DNA of 64,000 nt from Lama glama (Eukaryota), in the NCBI GenBank assembly GCA_028534125.1, contig CM052817.1:83826001-83890000 (forward strand), read 5' to 3'. Position 1 is the first letter of the stretch, and every line of letters begins with the position of its first letter. Made by a program: the position numbers and the translations under genes. Below the pieces are notes generated by a model. The model ran no database searches and had not been told where the DNA came from. It worked only from the letters and a program-made list of their open reading frames with translations. Positions 51,270 to 64,000 of this stretch are shown here, piece by piece.

Positions 51270-54200
51270 TTTGGCTGTACATCCGGTTGTGCTAGACTAG
51301 GTAATTCATATCAGCCCTTCTGCTGAGAAGAACTATAAAAGTAGGTTTAAAAATCTACATGAAGGCACACTGGCACTAACAAGACAGTAAAGAATCATGT
51401 GGTCAAAATTTGGAAGAAGGAAATCTAAAGAAGTAAGACTGACATTCAGGTCTGCACTTCCCTTAGAGGCATCTGCCAGTTCCAGAAGAAGCAACTGAGA
51501 AACTTTAAAGAAATTTTCTGAAAAACTCATGGGCTTAGAGTTCAGAAACTAGAGGGGGACATCTAGTAGGCCTTCCAGGCTTTGGGAACTCTAAAGGCCT
51601 ATATCCTAGAATATTAGGGTGAACTTAAAAAGATGTGATCTCAGTAGGGTAAGCTGCTTCTTTTTAAATTTTATTTTTTTATTTTTGTCTTGAAGTAGTG
51701 GTAAGCTTCTAATCATTTTAATTCCTCATTGGATTAACAGGCTGATGCCTGTAGCTGCTTAATTGAAGCAAACACAATTTCTTTCTGGAGTAAAATACCA
51801 TCCTAAGCCTCAGATTTTCAGTAATAGTGTGTGGCCCTCAAAAAATAATTAGGCATACAAGAAGACAAGATAAAAAAAAAAAAGAAACAACAAAAAATAG
51901 AGACAGATGCATAGAAATCCAGATAAGAGTTATAAAATTCACTTTAAATTTGTTGCTGTTAACATGCATTTTTAAAAAGATAAAATGGAGAATTTTATAA
52001 AAGAAATGAAAATTTTAAAAATGAATTTAATTGAAATTCCAGAAATGAAAAATGTAGCTCTGTGGAGTGAATTAATTTAACAGTAGAAAAATACAGCTGA
52101 ATACAGAATTACTGTGATGAGTCAAAAAAACCCAAAAAATCCAGATTGAAGCATGGAGCAAAAAAAGATGAAAAATACAGAAAAGAGTGTTAGAGGTAGG
52201 AGATACAGTCAAAAGCTCAAACGTACATTTGATTGGATTCTCAGAAGAGAGGAGTGAGAGGATAAGGCAGAAGTACTATTTGAAGAGATTATGGCTGACA
52301 TTTTACCAAAACTGATGAAACATATCGTGAGGGATAAATTCAAGAAGTCCAAAAAACTCCAAAGAATATAAATACAAAGAAAACCACATCAAGGCCATAA
52401 TTTAAAATTGCTGAAACAAATACAAAAGCCAGAGAAAAAAGACAGATTTCTTTAAAAGCATCAATAGTAAGACTTACAGCTAACTTCTTAGCAGAAATAA
52501 TGGAAGCCAGGAGACAATGGGATGGTATAATCACAGTACTGGAAGAGAACTAGTGTTAGGAAATAAAGATAAACAAATCATTGAATAATACATTTAAAAT
52601 AAGTGAGTTTTATGGTTTGTAAATTATATCTCAATGAAGCTATTTAAAAATGAAATAGCCATCAGACATACAAAAACTGAGAAAATTTATTTTCAGCAGA
52701 TATGCTTTAAAGAAATACTAAGGGAAGTTTTTTAGGCAAAGTAAAATGATTCCAGAAAGAAGTTGAAGGTACATAAAGGAATGAAGAGCAATGGAAAGGG
52801 TAAATATGTGTAGATTTAAATAAATAGGGACACTAATCACAACAAAGTTGGTGTAACTCTATTGATAAAGTAGATTTTTAAGGCAAAAAGAATTATTCAA
52901 GATAAAAAGGGACATTTCATAACCATAAAACATTTAGTTGCCCCAGAAAATATATTAGTTTTGTATACATTTAGTAACATAGCCTTAAAATATATAAGAC
53001 AAAAATTGACAGGTGCAAATAGTCAAATTTATAATCACAGGGAAGATTTTAATAAATGTTATCAAGAAAAATACAAGATACAGCAAGCAGATGAAAAACT
53101 CACTAAGGATGTGCAAAATGTGACCAACATAGTTAACAAACTTTGCTTAATTGACAAATGAAATACTACATCCAACATCTGCAGAATTCACATTCTTTTC
53201 AAGTGCACATTGACCCTTATCTCATATCGTACACAAAAAGTCAGTTCTAGATATATTGTAGTTCTAAATGTAAATTCAAAATAATAAAACTTATAGATTA
53301 AGGTACTATCTCCATGATCTTTTAGAACAGAAAGATTTATTAAACAGGAAATAACACAATGAAGGAAATGATAGATAAAATATACTACATTAAAAAGAAG
53401 GTTTTCACCAAAAGACACCATAAGAGTGAAAAGGCAAGTTACAGAGTGTAAAAAGGCATTTACAACATTTTATAGAGAGCTCTTAAAAATCAAGGGGAAA
53501 GACAACTCTATAGAAAAATGAGCAACAGAAATAATCACCTCCCTAAAAATCTATCCAAATAAAATATACTAAAAGTTTTCATCATTATTAGTAATCTGAG
53601 ATATGTAAATTAAAACCCCAATGAGGTAACACACCTATCAGTCAGTGCCTACATATTTAAATTTTTCAAATTTTTGAGATAATTACAGATTTAGGGGAAA
53701 TTGGAAAAATAGTACCGAGAGGTCCAGTGTACTCTTCACCAAGAGCCCTCCAAAGTTATATCTTAAAATTAAAATACAATATTAAAACCAGGAAATTGAC
53801 ATTTATTATATATGTATGTGTATAGTTCTATGTCATTTTCTCATATGTAGATTCACATAACTACCATTAAAGTCAAGACACTGAATTGTTTTATCACCAC
53901 CAATATCTCCCTTGTGCTATTAAACTCACATCCACCTGCCTGCCCTCTGTTTCTCATCTGGTAGCCACTCTATAATGTCATTTTGGGAATGTTTTATCAG
54001 TGGAATCATACAGCATGTTACCCTTTAAGACTGATATTTTTAAATCATGATGCCCTTGAGGTCCACCAGAGTTGTGTACATCCGTAGTTTTGTCCTTTTC
54101 AAAAAGACTCAGTTTTTAAAAACTGGCAATACCAAGTGTTGATGAGAATGTAGAGCAATAGGAACTTCAATATACTACTAATGGGAATGTAGTTAGGTAC

Positions 54201-54975
54201 AACCACTCTGAAAAAGTATTTGCTATTTTCTACTAAAGTTGAAATGTACTCCCTGATTCAGCAACTCCAGTCCTAATAAATACTCAATGAAAATGTATGT
54301 CTGTTAACCAAAATTATTGTTTTGGGAAGACATATTTACAGCAACATTATTTATAATAGCTGTAATCTGGAAAGGACCTGAATGCTTATCAATAGTAGAA
54401 TGGATTTTTTTAAATTGTGGTTTGATCATACAGTAGAATACCATAGAGCAAGGATGGACAAACTTTTTCTGTAAAGAGCTACATTATAAATATTTTAGGC
54501 TTTATGGATCATACATTAACTGTGGCAACTACTCAACTCTGCAGTAGCAGTGAAGCAACCATATGCAATATGTAAACAAGTGGATGCAGTTTTGTTCCAG
54601 TAAAACCATTTACAGAAACAAATTTTGGCCTTTGCTGACCTCTGCTATAGAGCCACAAACTATAGATGAATTTCAGGAAGATAAGTTTCCATGAAAGAAG
54701 CTATACATTATGATTTTTTTTATAAAGTTCAAAAACAGGGAAAATGAATCTATAGAATTGAAATCAGCATATTGCTTATCTTTAGGAAGAAAGAGAGGGT
54801 AGTGACAGAAGCGTACTTCTAGGATGCTATCTTTACCTGAATGGTGGTTCTGTAGGTCGGTTCACTTTTGACTACTCATTGAGATAGATGCTTATGATTT
54901 ATGCACTTCTCTAGGTGTGTGTATGTATATGTATGTTTGTGTGTTATACCTTAATTAGATTAAAAAGTTAAATTT
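51270..54975 (+). mobile_element. Degraded sense L1M with nested antisense L1 (~53660-54100)
   Basis: ORF1-like aataatggaagccaggagacaatgg; 3' motifs aataccaagtgttgatgagaatgtagagcaataggaact. Confidence 0.7.
54449..54644. mobile_element. MER58A-like hAT element with 8-bp TSD
   Basis: caaactttttctgtaaag..ggcaactactcaactctgc..tttgctgacctctg; TSD ccatagag / ctatagag. Confidence 0.85.
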
Positions 54976-56536
54976 AATAAAAGGAAATATTATTTGTGTT
55001 TCCATCAGGATAGAATTGTGTTTCTTCTTCTCTGGCATATGATAAATGTACAATAAATGTTTTTTGAAGTTGGAGGTGCTAATAGCAAGCTCTATAAAGG
55101 ACAGTGACGAGTAATGATTCTGAATTAGCTTGAAGAGCTTATTAAAGACTTTGGGGAAAGCAATTTTGGTATGGGGCAAGAGCTGAAGTAATCATTTAAG
55201 GCATTTTCATGAGAAGATAATAAATCCTCACTTAAAGGGTAATGGGATCTAATAAATGGTGTGAGCTGACAAGTAATTATTTATACTAAAGACCGAAGGA
55301 AAAGATTTTTTTGGTTAGCTATTAAGAGCAAGGTACCATAACTATTTTGTAATGATGGTGTTTAATTTGGTTCACCTAACAAATACTTTTTTGTTTTTCT
55401 AACCTGCTTATACCCTTTTTGGATGTTACTCTGTGTAGGGTCATGGACCCATTAACACTGAGTTATGTCCATGATACACAGTTTACCAAAGAAAACCTCT
55501 AAGATGTAGTAGAGTGCAAGCAATCTCTCAAGCTCTTTTTTTTTTTATACCATAGCTTACGCCAGGCATAGATGGTCTTTATGCACTAAGGCCAAACAAC
55601 ATTTCAGTAGAGAATGGCCTCCACTTCTGTAATGCTTTACATGTGTGTAGGTCAGGGCAGGAAATGGTCAAAGTGACTATGTAACAATAGTTTAGAAAGG
55701 GGATGCTTTAGAAACTCCCGGGGTATGGATGGGCCCATTTTTCCTTTGAGCTAACAACTTAGGCCTGCTGAGCATCCTTGCTGCCAAGCTTGTAAAAGGT
55801 TTAGAAATGAATCTTCCAGAGTCATCTAGATTTATCTTTTGTCACATGTTTCCCGTTACTACAAAATAAGGTAGAAACTTCTTGGCTTAGTATTAAAGAT
55901 CTTCTAGTAGCTTTCTCCAACTTATCAGGACTTTTTGTCACTGGTTCTACAGAAACTTTCTCTCAGTGAATTATCTTTCAATAAATAATTGCTTATTCCA
56001 AGCTTCTCATCTTTGCTCACATTACTGAAAATTTAGGATACTTTTCCCTTTCTCTAAATTGTCATCAGTAGGAGCTACTTTTGTCCCATCCCTTCTGTGA
56101 TGCCTCCCTTATGATCTCAATTCTTATACCAAAGAGCATCACTATTCATATACTAATATTTTTATGTGTACATTTCTTTTCATCTAACTTGTACACTTCT
56201 TAAGGGTAGGGAACATGTATTAGATTACTTTGTAGCCTATTCTGTAGTATTCTAGTGATCTTATGTGTAAATGCTCAACAAATAATGACAAGAATGTATA
56301 CTCTTATAATGTGTAACTATAAAATATTCATTATATTTTAGGGTTCTCAAGCTTGTTTTAACTGAATATTAACTGTTATTAAGTATAATGCTTTATTCTT
56401 TATTAGAACATCTTCTTTTATTCTGTTGCAATTAATCCATGTTTTTAAAACTCATTTTTTGAGATTGGTATCAATTGTTGTCTGTTGGTTACTCTGTTAG
56501 CCAGTTAAGTAATTAGATTCCTTCATTCTACTTCAG

Positions 56537-56660
56537 CAAGAAGTTGAGAACTTTAAGAAGCTAAATCTCATTAGTAAAGAGCAGTTTGAAAACTTAACAC
56601 CTGAACTTCCTTTTGAGCCAAACCAAGAAGTTCCTGTAGCACCTTCACAGTCCAGGCAAG
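56537..56660 (+). CDS. LARP1B: LARP1B exon K; QEVENFKKLNLISKEQFENLTPE...SQSRQ
   Basis: cttcag|CAA acceptor, G|gtatgt donor; 124 nt; in frame with exon J across a 29.2-kb intron. Confidence 0.96.
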
Positions 56661-57994
56661 GTATGTAAATCTGCTTTTGTGTAAGTGTCTGAATAGTATT
56701 AAGCAGTTCTAAATTGTTTTTAAAGTTTGCTCTTTTGTATTTGTGGAAAACATTTAGGTATCTGGTAAAAGACTTGAAATTTTAGAACTCAGCATTTTTT
56801 TAATCCTTTGGTGAACTTCAGAACATTTTAGAGACTTAAAAGTACAAATTGTAAAAGGACAAAGTTTGAATCCCACCTTACCCTTGGTGAATAGGCAAGT
56901 AGTTACAAAGGTGATCTAAAAGTTGTCTGCTCTAACATCAGATCATGCTAAAACCCAAACACTTACTTAAAAGTATACAGAATTGGTTGGTTCTTTATGT
57001 GTCTCATTTGATTTTTGAGATTGCTGGGAATGCTTCTCTTCTCTAAATAAGGAAAATTTTTCACTGGCCTGATTCCTTAAAATATACCACTAGCATCATT
57101 CTTTTGTTTTAAGGCCTTAGCTTTGTGTGCAAATGTAAATACATTTAGGAGATTCATAAATTGAATCTGACATTTTCAGGCAAGTGTAACTAATTTTGTT
57201 ACAGGCTTTCCTGAAGGCAGATTAAAGAAAAACTTAATTTGAGTAACTTCAGACATATACAAAACGAGAGCAAATTGTATAATGAAACCCTGTGTATTCA
57301 TTACCCATTAGCTACTTAATCATCTTAGAGCCAATTTTATCTCATCTCGACTCCACTCATTCTCTTTACCTCCCACTGGATTATTTTGAAGCAAACTCCT
57401 AATCATACTATTCATGTTTTTTCATGAATGTGTGTTTTTAAAAGATAAGAACTATCTACTTTAACACATAAATAACACAGAGTACCATTATCACATCTAA
57501 AATTAACTAATTCCTTAATATAAAATAGTTTTCAAATTTCCTCATTCATCACTTAAAAAAAAATTCAGGATCCATATAAGTTCCAAACACTGCAATAGGT
57601 TGATATGTCTCTTTTAGTCTATAGATTCACACTGTGTCCTTTTTCCTTCCATATTACTGTTGTAGAAATGAGATTGTTTGTCCTGTAGAATTTCTCACAT
57701 TCTGGATTTTTCTAATTACATCTCCATGGTTTTACTCAACCACTTTTCTGGTCCTGAATTTTCTTTAATTGTGATTTTGATACCAAGGCTTGATCTGATT
57801 CAGGCTCAAATTTTTGCAAGAATATGTCATATGTAGTATTGAATACTTACACTAGGAGGCACATAATGCTTGACTGTCTCTCTTTTTGTGGTATTGGTAG
57901 CCACTGATAATCACTGCTTGGAACTTTTATTTCACAAGTGGCTGCAAAATGGTTATAATTCTGTTTTCATCACTGCTTCTGAATTTAGTAGACA

Positions 57995-58505
57995 GAAAAA
58001 GAAACAATGCTATTTACCATCACATCAAAAAAAGTAAAATACCTAGGAATAAACCTACTTATGGAGGCAAAAGACTTGAAAAACTGTAAGATACTGATAA
58101 AAGAAATTGAAGACTACACAAATAGATGGATAGAATACTAAGTGAAGTAAGTTAGAGAAAGACAAATACTGTATGATTTAACTTATATGTGGAATCTAAA
58201 AAGTACAGATAACTAGTGAATATAACAAAAAAGAAACAGACTCACAGATATAGAGAATAAACTGGTAGTTACCAGTGGAGAGAGGGAAGGTGGGAGAGAC
58301 AGTATCAGGGTAGGAAAGTAAGAGGTACAAATTATTAGGTATAAAATAAGCTATAAGGATAAGGATATACTGTATAGCATGGGGAATATAACCAATATTT
58401 TATAAAAGCTGTAAATGGAGTATGACCTTTAAAAATTCTGAATCACTATATTGTACACCTGTAATTTATATATTGTACATCAACTATAACTCAATTTTAA
58501 AAAAG
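57995..58505 (+). mobile_element. Internally deleted L1 (mid-ORF2 piece joined to 3' end) inside an older antisense L1
   Basis: aaaatacctaggaataaacct..aaagaaattgaaga (ORF2) directly followed by ctaagtgaagtaag...caactataactcaat. Confidence 0.75.
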
Positions 58506-61500
58506 AAAATTATCACTATGATCTCACAAATATGTTAGATGGGTTTTACTCAGTAGTTTTTGATACTTGGTTTATTGACTTTTAACTCCAAATCCACCTT
58601 TCTTTACTTTGTTCTGTAGTAGTGGAGTTGGACTCAGCTTTCTCGTTTGCCAGCTGGCTCCATGTTAAGCTTTGTCAGTACTCCAGTTACTACTGAGTTG
58701 GTCAATGCTTCTAGGCCTTTTCAATTGAAAGAGCTTGGAAATTATTCTAAGGAAAAATACATTATAAATTTATGTTTATATTTTTTGTTCAAATTTAGGA
58801 TTAAAGGTTTTTACTTTAATTTGTTAGATTTAATGTTTTTATCACCTTTTACACATGAAAAAAAACTTTGTCCCTAACCACAGTCACAGAATTATTTGTT
58901 TATGCTATGATAGTTTCAGGAAAACAATACTATGAAATAATATTACTATGAATACTAAAATTGATTAAACTTTTTAAAACTTCATACTTTTAAACTTTTA
59001 AAAATTCTCAAGTGTATTCTGCTAAGGATTTTCAGTCTGCTTACAAGATTTTTTTGTGTTGTTTAAGTACATAAAATTGGTAATGTATGCTCCTCACATC
59101 ATAGAATTAAAGACCCAAGAGATGAATTTTATTTTATTTATTTATTTAAATTCCCAGGGATCCACTTTTAACTTAATAAATTAGGCCATACAATACAGTA
59201 TATTTAAAATCCAGTGACTCATAGTGATTTAAAGTTATTGTTGAAATCAGAGTTAGTATATTTTTTCATGATAAAAGGAGAAAGTGATCACATTTTAAAT
59301 AAACGAAGATTTCAAATTAGCATCTTTATTTAGTTTTAAATCTTGTAAGAATTATTAAAGAAATATGCAAAGTCTTTGAATAAAGTACAAATTAAACTCT
59401 GTTCCCCTGATAATCTCAATCATTTTTACTGCTAACTGGGCAGATAAATTGCTCTGTGCAAAGGGAAAAAAAAAAGAGCACTTCATTTCAAAGGAAAAGA
59501 ATCAGAGGATAAGTTTCACAGCTATAAAAATAAATATGATTTATTTAAAAATGGAGCCTTCTTAAAGACAGTGGTCTGGTCAACCATCAGCATCTTCCAT
59601 TGCCAAAAAGTAATTATTCTCCCATATGCACATTTTGGATTGTGCCGTATCTACCATTTTCCATCTTGCTCATTTTACTTAATGTCATCATATCATGGGC
59701 ACTTTCTCAAGTTGTAAATCCCAAAGAAATGAATTTACAATGCATAAAATTAACAAATAATTAGAGGGAAGGGGCAGGGAAATAGATAAGCAATTAAGAG
59801 ATACAAACTACTATATATAGAATAGATAAGCAACAAGCATGTAGTATACAATACAGGGAAATAAAGGCATTGTTTTGTAGTAACTTTAAATGGAGTATAA
59901 CGTATAAAAATATTGAATCACTGTGTTGTACACCTGAAACTAATATAATATTGTAAATCAACTTTACTTTGATTTTTTAAAAAATCAATGTAAGAAAAAG
60001 ATTAAGATCAGTAGAAAAAGTAGTAAAACATGAGCTGGAACTTCACATAGAGGGAAAAACACTCTATGGCCAGTTAATATGAAAAGATACTATACTTCTT
60101 ACTGAGATTTGCCAATTAAAATCTCAATGACATACCATCTTATAACCTAACAGTTTCACTTTGAGATACTCTTGCAAATGCTCACCAAAGGGAACATTTA
60201 TAGCAAAATTGTTTATAATATAAAAAACAAATGAAAATTTTTAAATGCCTATTTATAGTAGAATATAAGATGTAGTATAAAGGAAACACATGTTAAGGAA
60301 AAATATGCAGCAGTGGAAAATGAAAGAACTAAAGCTACATGTGACAAAATGATTTAATCTTAAAAGTAGAGGATGTGTAAAATAAGGAGTTCAGTCAGTT
60401 CCGTCGTATATAACTCATGGGTACATGCATAGCACATAGAAATCATGAAGACCAAGGGAAATTAATAAAGAAATTTTATATAGTGGTTTACTCCTGAGAG
60501 AAGGGAGGAATCCCATTTGAAAGATCTGCACATGGGTTTGCCTGCATCTGGAATTTATATATTGGTCTAATTGGTGGTTTTGTGGGTATCAGCTCTGTGT
60601 TTCTTAAAAATTTTGCCTTCCTGGGTTATAAATGATTAAGCTCTGTTAAGTGAAGTCTCAGGTATTTACCAAAAGATTTTTTTTGAATAATGTTTTTGGA
60701 AAGCTTGAATTTTTTCCATATTTAATTTCTTGTTCTCATTTTCATTCTAAATCAATTCTGTTTTAAAATGTATATGTACATTTGTTAATCTTTGTGTTCT
60801 ATAATCTCTAATTTTTAAAAATAGTAACAAAAAAATAAACAAAAATTAAGAAGATAGAAATCAATATAATATATTGCTGTGATAAGAAATGCTGAATAGA
60901 TTAACTCTCAGAAAAACAATTATGGACTGGATTTAAAGAAAATTCAACTCTATACTGTTTGTATGTCATAAATATGCAGAAAGATTTAAAGATGAAAGAT
61001 TGGGAAATGCTATAAAACAATACTAATACAAAGAACTCATATTGCTATTACAAAATAGAATTTAAGGCATAAATAAGGTGTTTTTTTTTTTACTGCCTTT
61101 AATATCTGTCTTCCTGTTTATCCCTGATACCTCGTTCAAGCAAGCTTCTACCCCTCACACTGCAAATCGGGTCCCCTCCTCAACCCTGGCAAATTAGCTT
61201 TTGATAGTGACTCTGGAGATCTCTGTGTTTAAGAAGGATCACATCAATCCTCCTCTTCCAACATCAGCATTAGATCAAACATTCTGTCTTGAAACACATT
61301 TCTTCTTCTTTGACCCTATTAGTTCTTATTCTACTTCATGAATCTTATTTGCTAGTTCTTCCTTTTTCCCCATTTCTCCAAGCTTTGGATGCTTTAGGAT
61401 TTTTTGGTCTTCAAATTTCTTATCTTTCTGATCCTCAGTGACTTCTAAGTAATAATATTTAGTTTCATTGTTTTAAATAGTATCTTTATACTAATGAGTG

Positions 61501-61944
61501 TCAAATTTATATGTACAGACTCCATCCTGTATTCCATATAAATAACCAACTGTGTAGTCAACAGTTTCACTTAATATTTTATAAACATGTCATACTTCTT
61601 AAGTCCAAAATCCAGAGTCTGAATTCCCACCCCTTTCCAAGGACTTCTTCCAGACTTCCACATCTCTGTAAATATTAGCTCCATCTTTCTAGTTCTACAG
61701 GTGAAAAAAATCTTGATGTCATCTTTGATCCATCTCTTTTTCAACCTCTGTTTCTTATTTCTTAGCAGATTATATCCATAACCCTTTAAAATATATCCAG
61801 ACCCTAACTACTTCTCACCTTCTCTATCACCCTGCAAAAACCACCATCATTTTCCCATTGGTTAATTATAAAAGCTCTTAATCTGTCTCCTTCCTTTCAT
61901 TCTGACTACCTTATAAGGATCCAGAGTTATCTCTTTTATTTCAT

Positions 61945-63650
61945 TTTTTTAAAAGAATTAAGCTATAATTTATATTCATTAAGTTTCACACTTTTTGCAT
62001 GTATAGTTTTGGGAATTTTAACAGATATGTATAATCATGTAGTTACCACCTACTCAAATTACAGCACAGTTCCATTACTTCCCCCAGATTCTCCCTTGCC
62101 TCTTTGTAGTCAACCCCTGTTTTCTATTTTCTACCCTTATATTTTTGCCTTTACCAGAATATCATACAAATGGAATCATATATAGCCATTTCTCTGGCTT
62201 CTTTCATTTAGCATAATGCATTTGAGATTCATCCATACTTTTGTGTGTTGTTTGTTCCTTTTTATTGGTAAGTAATATTCCATTACATGAATGTAAGCAG
62301 TTTATCATTAGTTGAAGGACATGGGGTTGTTTTCAGTTCTTCGTGATTATGAACAAAGACGCTATAAATATTTGCTTACAGGTTTTGTTGAGAATATAAG
62401 TTTTCATTTCACTTGGGTAAATACTTAGAGTGGGATTGCTAAGTCACGTGGCAAATGTATGTTTAACTTTATAAGAAACTTCTTAACAGTTTTCCAAAGT
62501 GGCTGTGTCATTTTTCATTACCATCAGCAATGTATGAGGATTCTAGTTGCTCCATATTCTCATCAGCACTTGGTATCGTAAGTTTGTTTGTTTGTTTTTT
62601 TGTATTCTAATAGGTATGTAGTAGTATTTCATTGCGACTGATGATGTGGAGCATCTTTTCATGTGCTTATTTGACATGAGTGTATCTTTGGTGGAGTGAC
62701 TGCTCAAGTATTTTGACTTTTTTATTGAGTTTTCTTACTGAGCTCTAAGAATTCTTTATTCTGGATACAAGTCTTTATTACATATGTAATTTGCACATAT
62801 CTTCTCCCTATATGGAGATTATCTTTTCTTTTTTTGTGCCTTTTAAAAAGCAGAGCTTCTTATTTTTAATGATCAGCAATTATTTTTTTTTTTAATTTTA
62901 ATGGTTTATGCTTTTGGTGTCCATGTAAGAAACCTTTGCCTAATCCAGAATTCAAAGATTTCTATTAGAGGCTTTATATTTTTATCTTTTACCTAATTCA
63001 GGTTTCTATTCAATTTTGAGTTAATTTTTTTCTTATTGGTATATGATAGAAGTATGGATATGGATATTCCATGATTTCAGCACCATTTGTTGGGAAGTCT
63101 ATTCATTCTCCATTGAATTGCCTTTTAGTCTTTGATCAAAACCAATTAACTATGTGTATATATCTAATTTTGGACTCAATATTCTCCTCATCTTATCTCT
63201 GTTTATCCCTTTGCTACTAGCACAACTTGATAACTGTAACCTTAAAATCAGTATGTCCTCCATCTTTTTTCTTTTTTTTCCAAAATTGTTTTAGCTATTC
63301 TAGTTTTTTTGCTTTTTCATATAAGTTATAGAATTACCTTACTGATGTCTATAAAAACTCCAGATGATATTTTGATTGAAACTGCATTGAATCTACAGAT
63401 TATTTGGGGAAGAATTAAAATGTTAACAGTATTGAATCTTCTAATCCATGAATATGGTATACTTCTCCATTTAAGTCTTTTTTGTTCTTCAGTGTTTTAC
63501 AGTTTTTGGTTTATTTTGTACACATTTTGTTACCTATATCCCTAAGTATATTATGGTTTTGGTGCTGTTGTAAATGGTGCTTTAACATTTTTACTCTCCA
63601 ATTGTTTATTGCTATTATATAGAAATAAGATTGATTTTTATATTATTCTT
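61945..63650 (-). mobile_element. Old L1M 3' fragment
   Basis: catacaaatggaatcata, ttttccaaagtggctgt, cagcaccatttgttg, attgcattgaatctacagat-like motifs. Confidence 0.8.
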
Positions 63651-64000
63651 TGTGATGTTAATTTTATCTGTCAACTTAACTGGATCAAAGGATGCCCATA
63701 TATCTTGTTTAAAAATTACTTCTGGCTGTTGCTGCATGAGATTAATATCTGAATTGGTGAGCTTGGTAAAGTAGATTGCCATCCCCAGTGTGGGTAGGCA
63801 TCATCCAATCCACTGAGGGCCTAAATAGAACAAAAATACAGAGGAAGGAGGAATTTACTCCTTTTTTGCTGTCTCATTGTTTGAGCTGGGACATCACATC
63901 TCATCTCGGACTGGTATTTATATCATCGACTCCTCTAGGTCTCAGACCTTTGGACTCAGGCTGAATTACACCACTGGCTTTCCTAAGTTTCCAGCTTACA
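63651..64000 (+). mobile_element. MLT2-type ERVL LTR, runs off the window
   Basis: tgtgatgttaattttatctgtcaactt..gtgggtaggcatcatccaatccactgagggcct.aatagaacaaaa. Confidence 0.85.

Noticed and set aside
1..64000. Prokaryotic systems (CRISPR arrays, operons, IS elements)
   Set aside because: The sequence is a spliced mammalian gene; no repeat-spacer array or long ORF is present.

Overview
AT-rich mammalian genomic DNA, probably camelid (one Vic-1-like tRNA-derived SINE). The window holds an internal 64-kb part of LARP1B (La-related protein 1B) on the + strand. Eleven GT-AG exons (255-56660) join into one open frame covering the N-terminal region, RG repeat, La motif, PAM2-like motif and the region homologous to the LARP1 40S-binding segment. 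The DM15 exons lie beyond the window. Two intronic exit points (alternative last exon at ~19250, read-through at ~27308) would give DM15-less isoforms. Introns are mostly old L1, L2, MIR, hAT and MaLR/ERVL relics. The most unusual object is a ~2.2-kb minus-strand insert (42949-45139) that splits an old L1. It reads as a retrocopy of a chimeric transcript: L1 5'UTR start, apparently spliced onto foreign genomic sequence (MIR, antisense L1 3' fragment, L3/CR1), ending in poly(A). Its antisense L1 segment carries ~28 one-directional A>G changes on the transcribed strand, mostly in UA context, i.e. an apparent genomic fossil of ADAR A-to-I hyper-editing. A perfect 35-nt tailless U2 snRNA retrocopy with TSD sits 29 nt from a 5' splice site. 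Repeat names and boundaries are by eye from remembered consensus sequences and are approximate.
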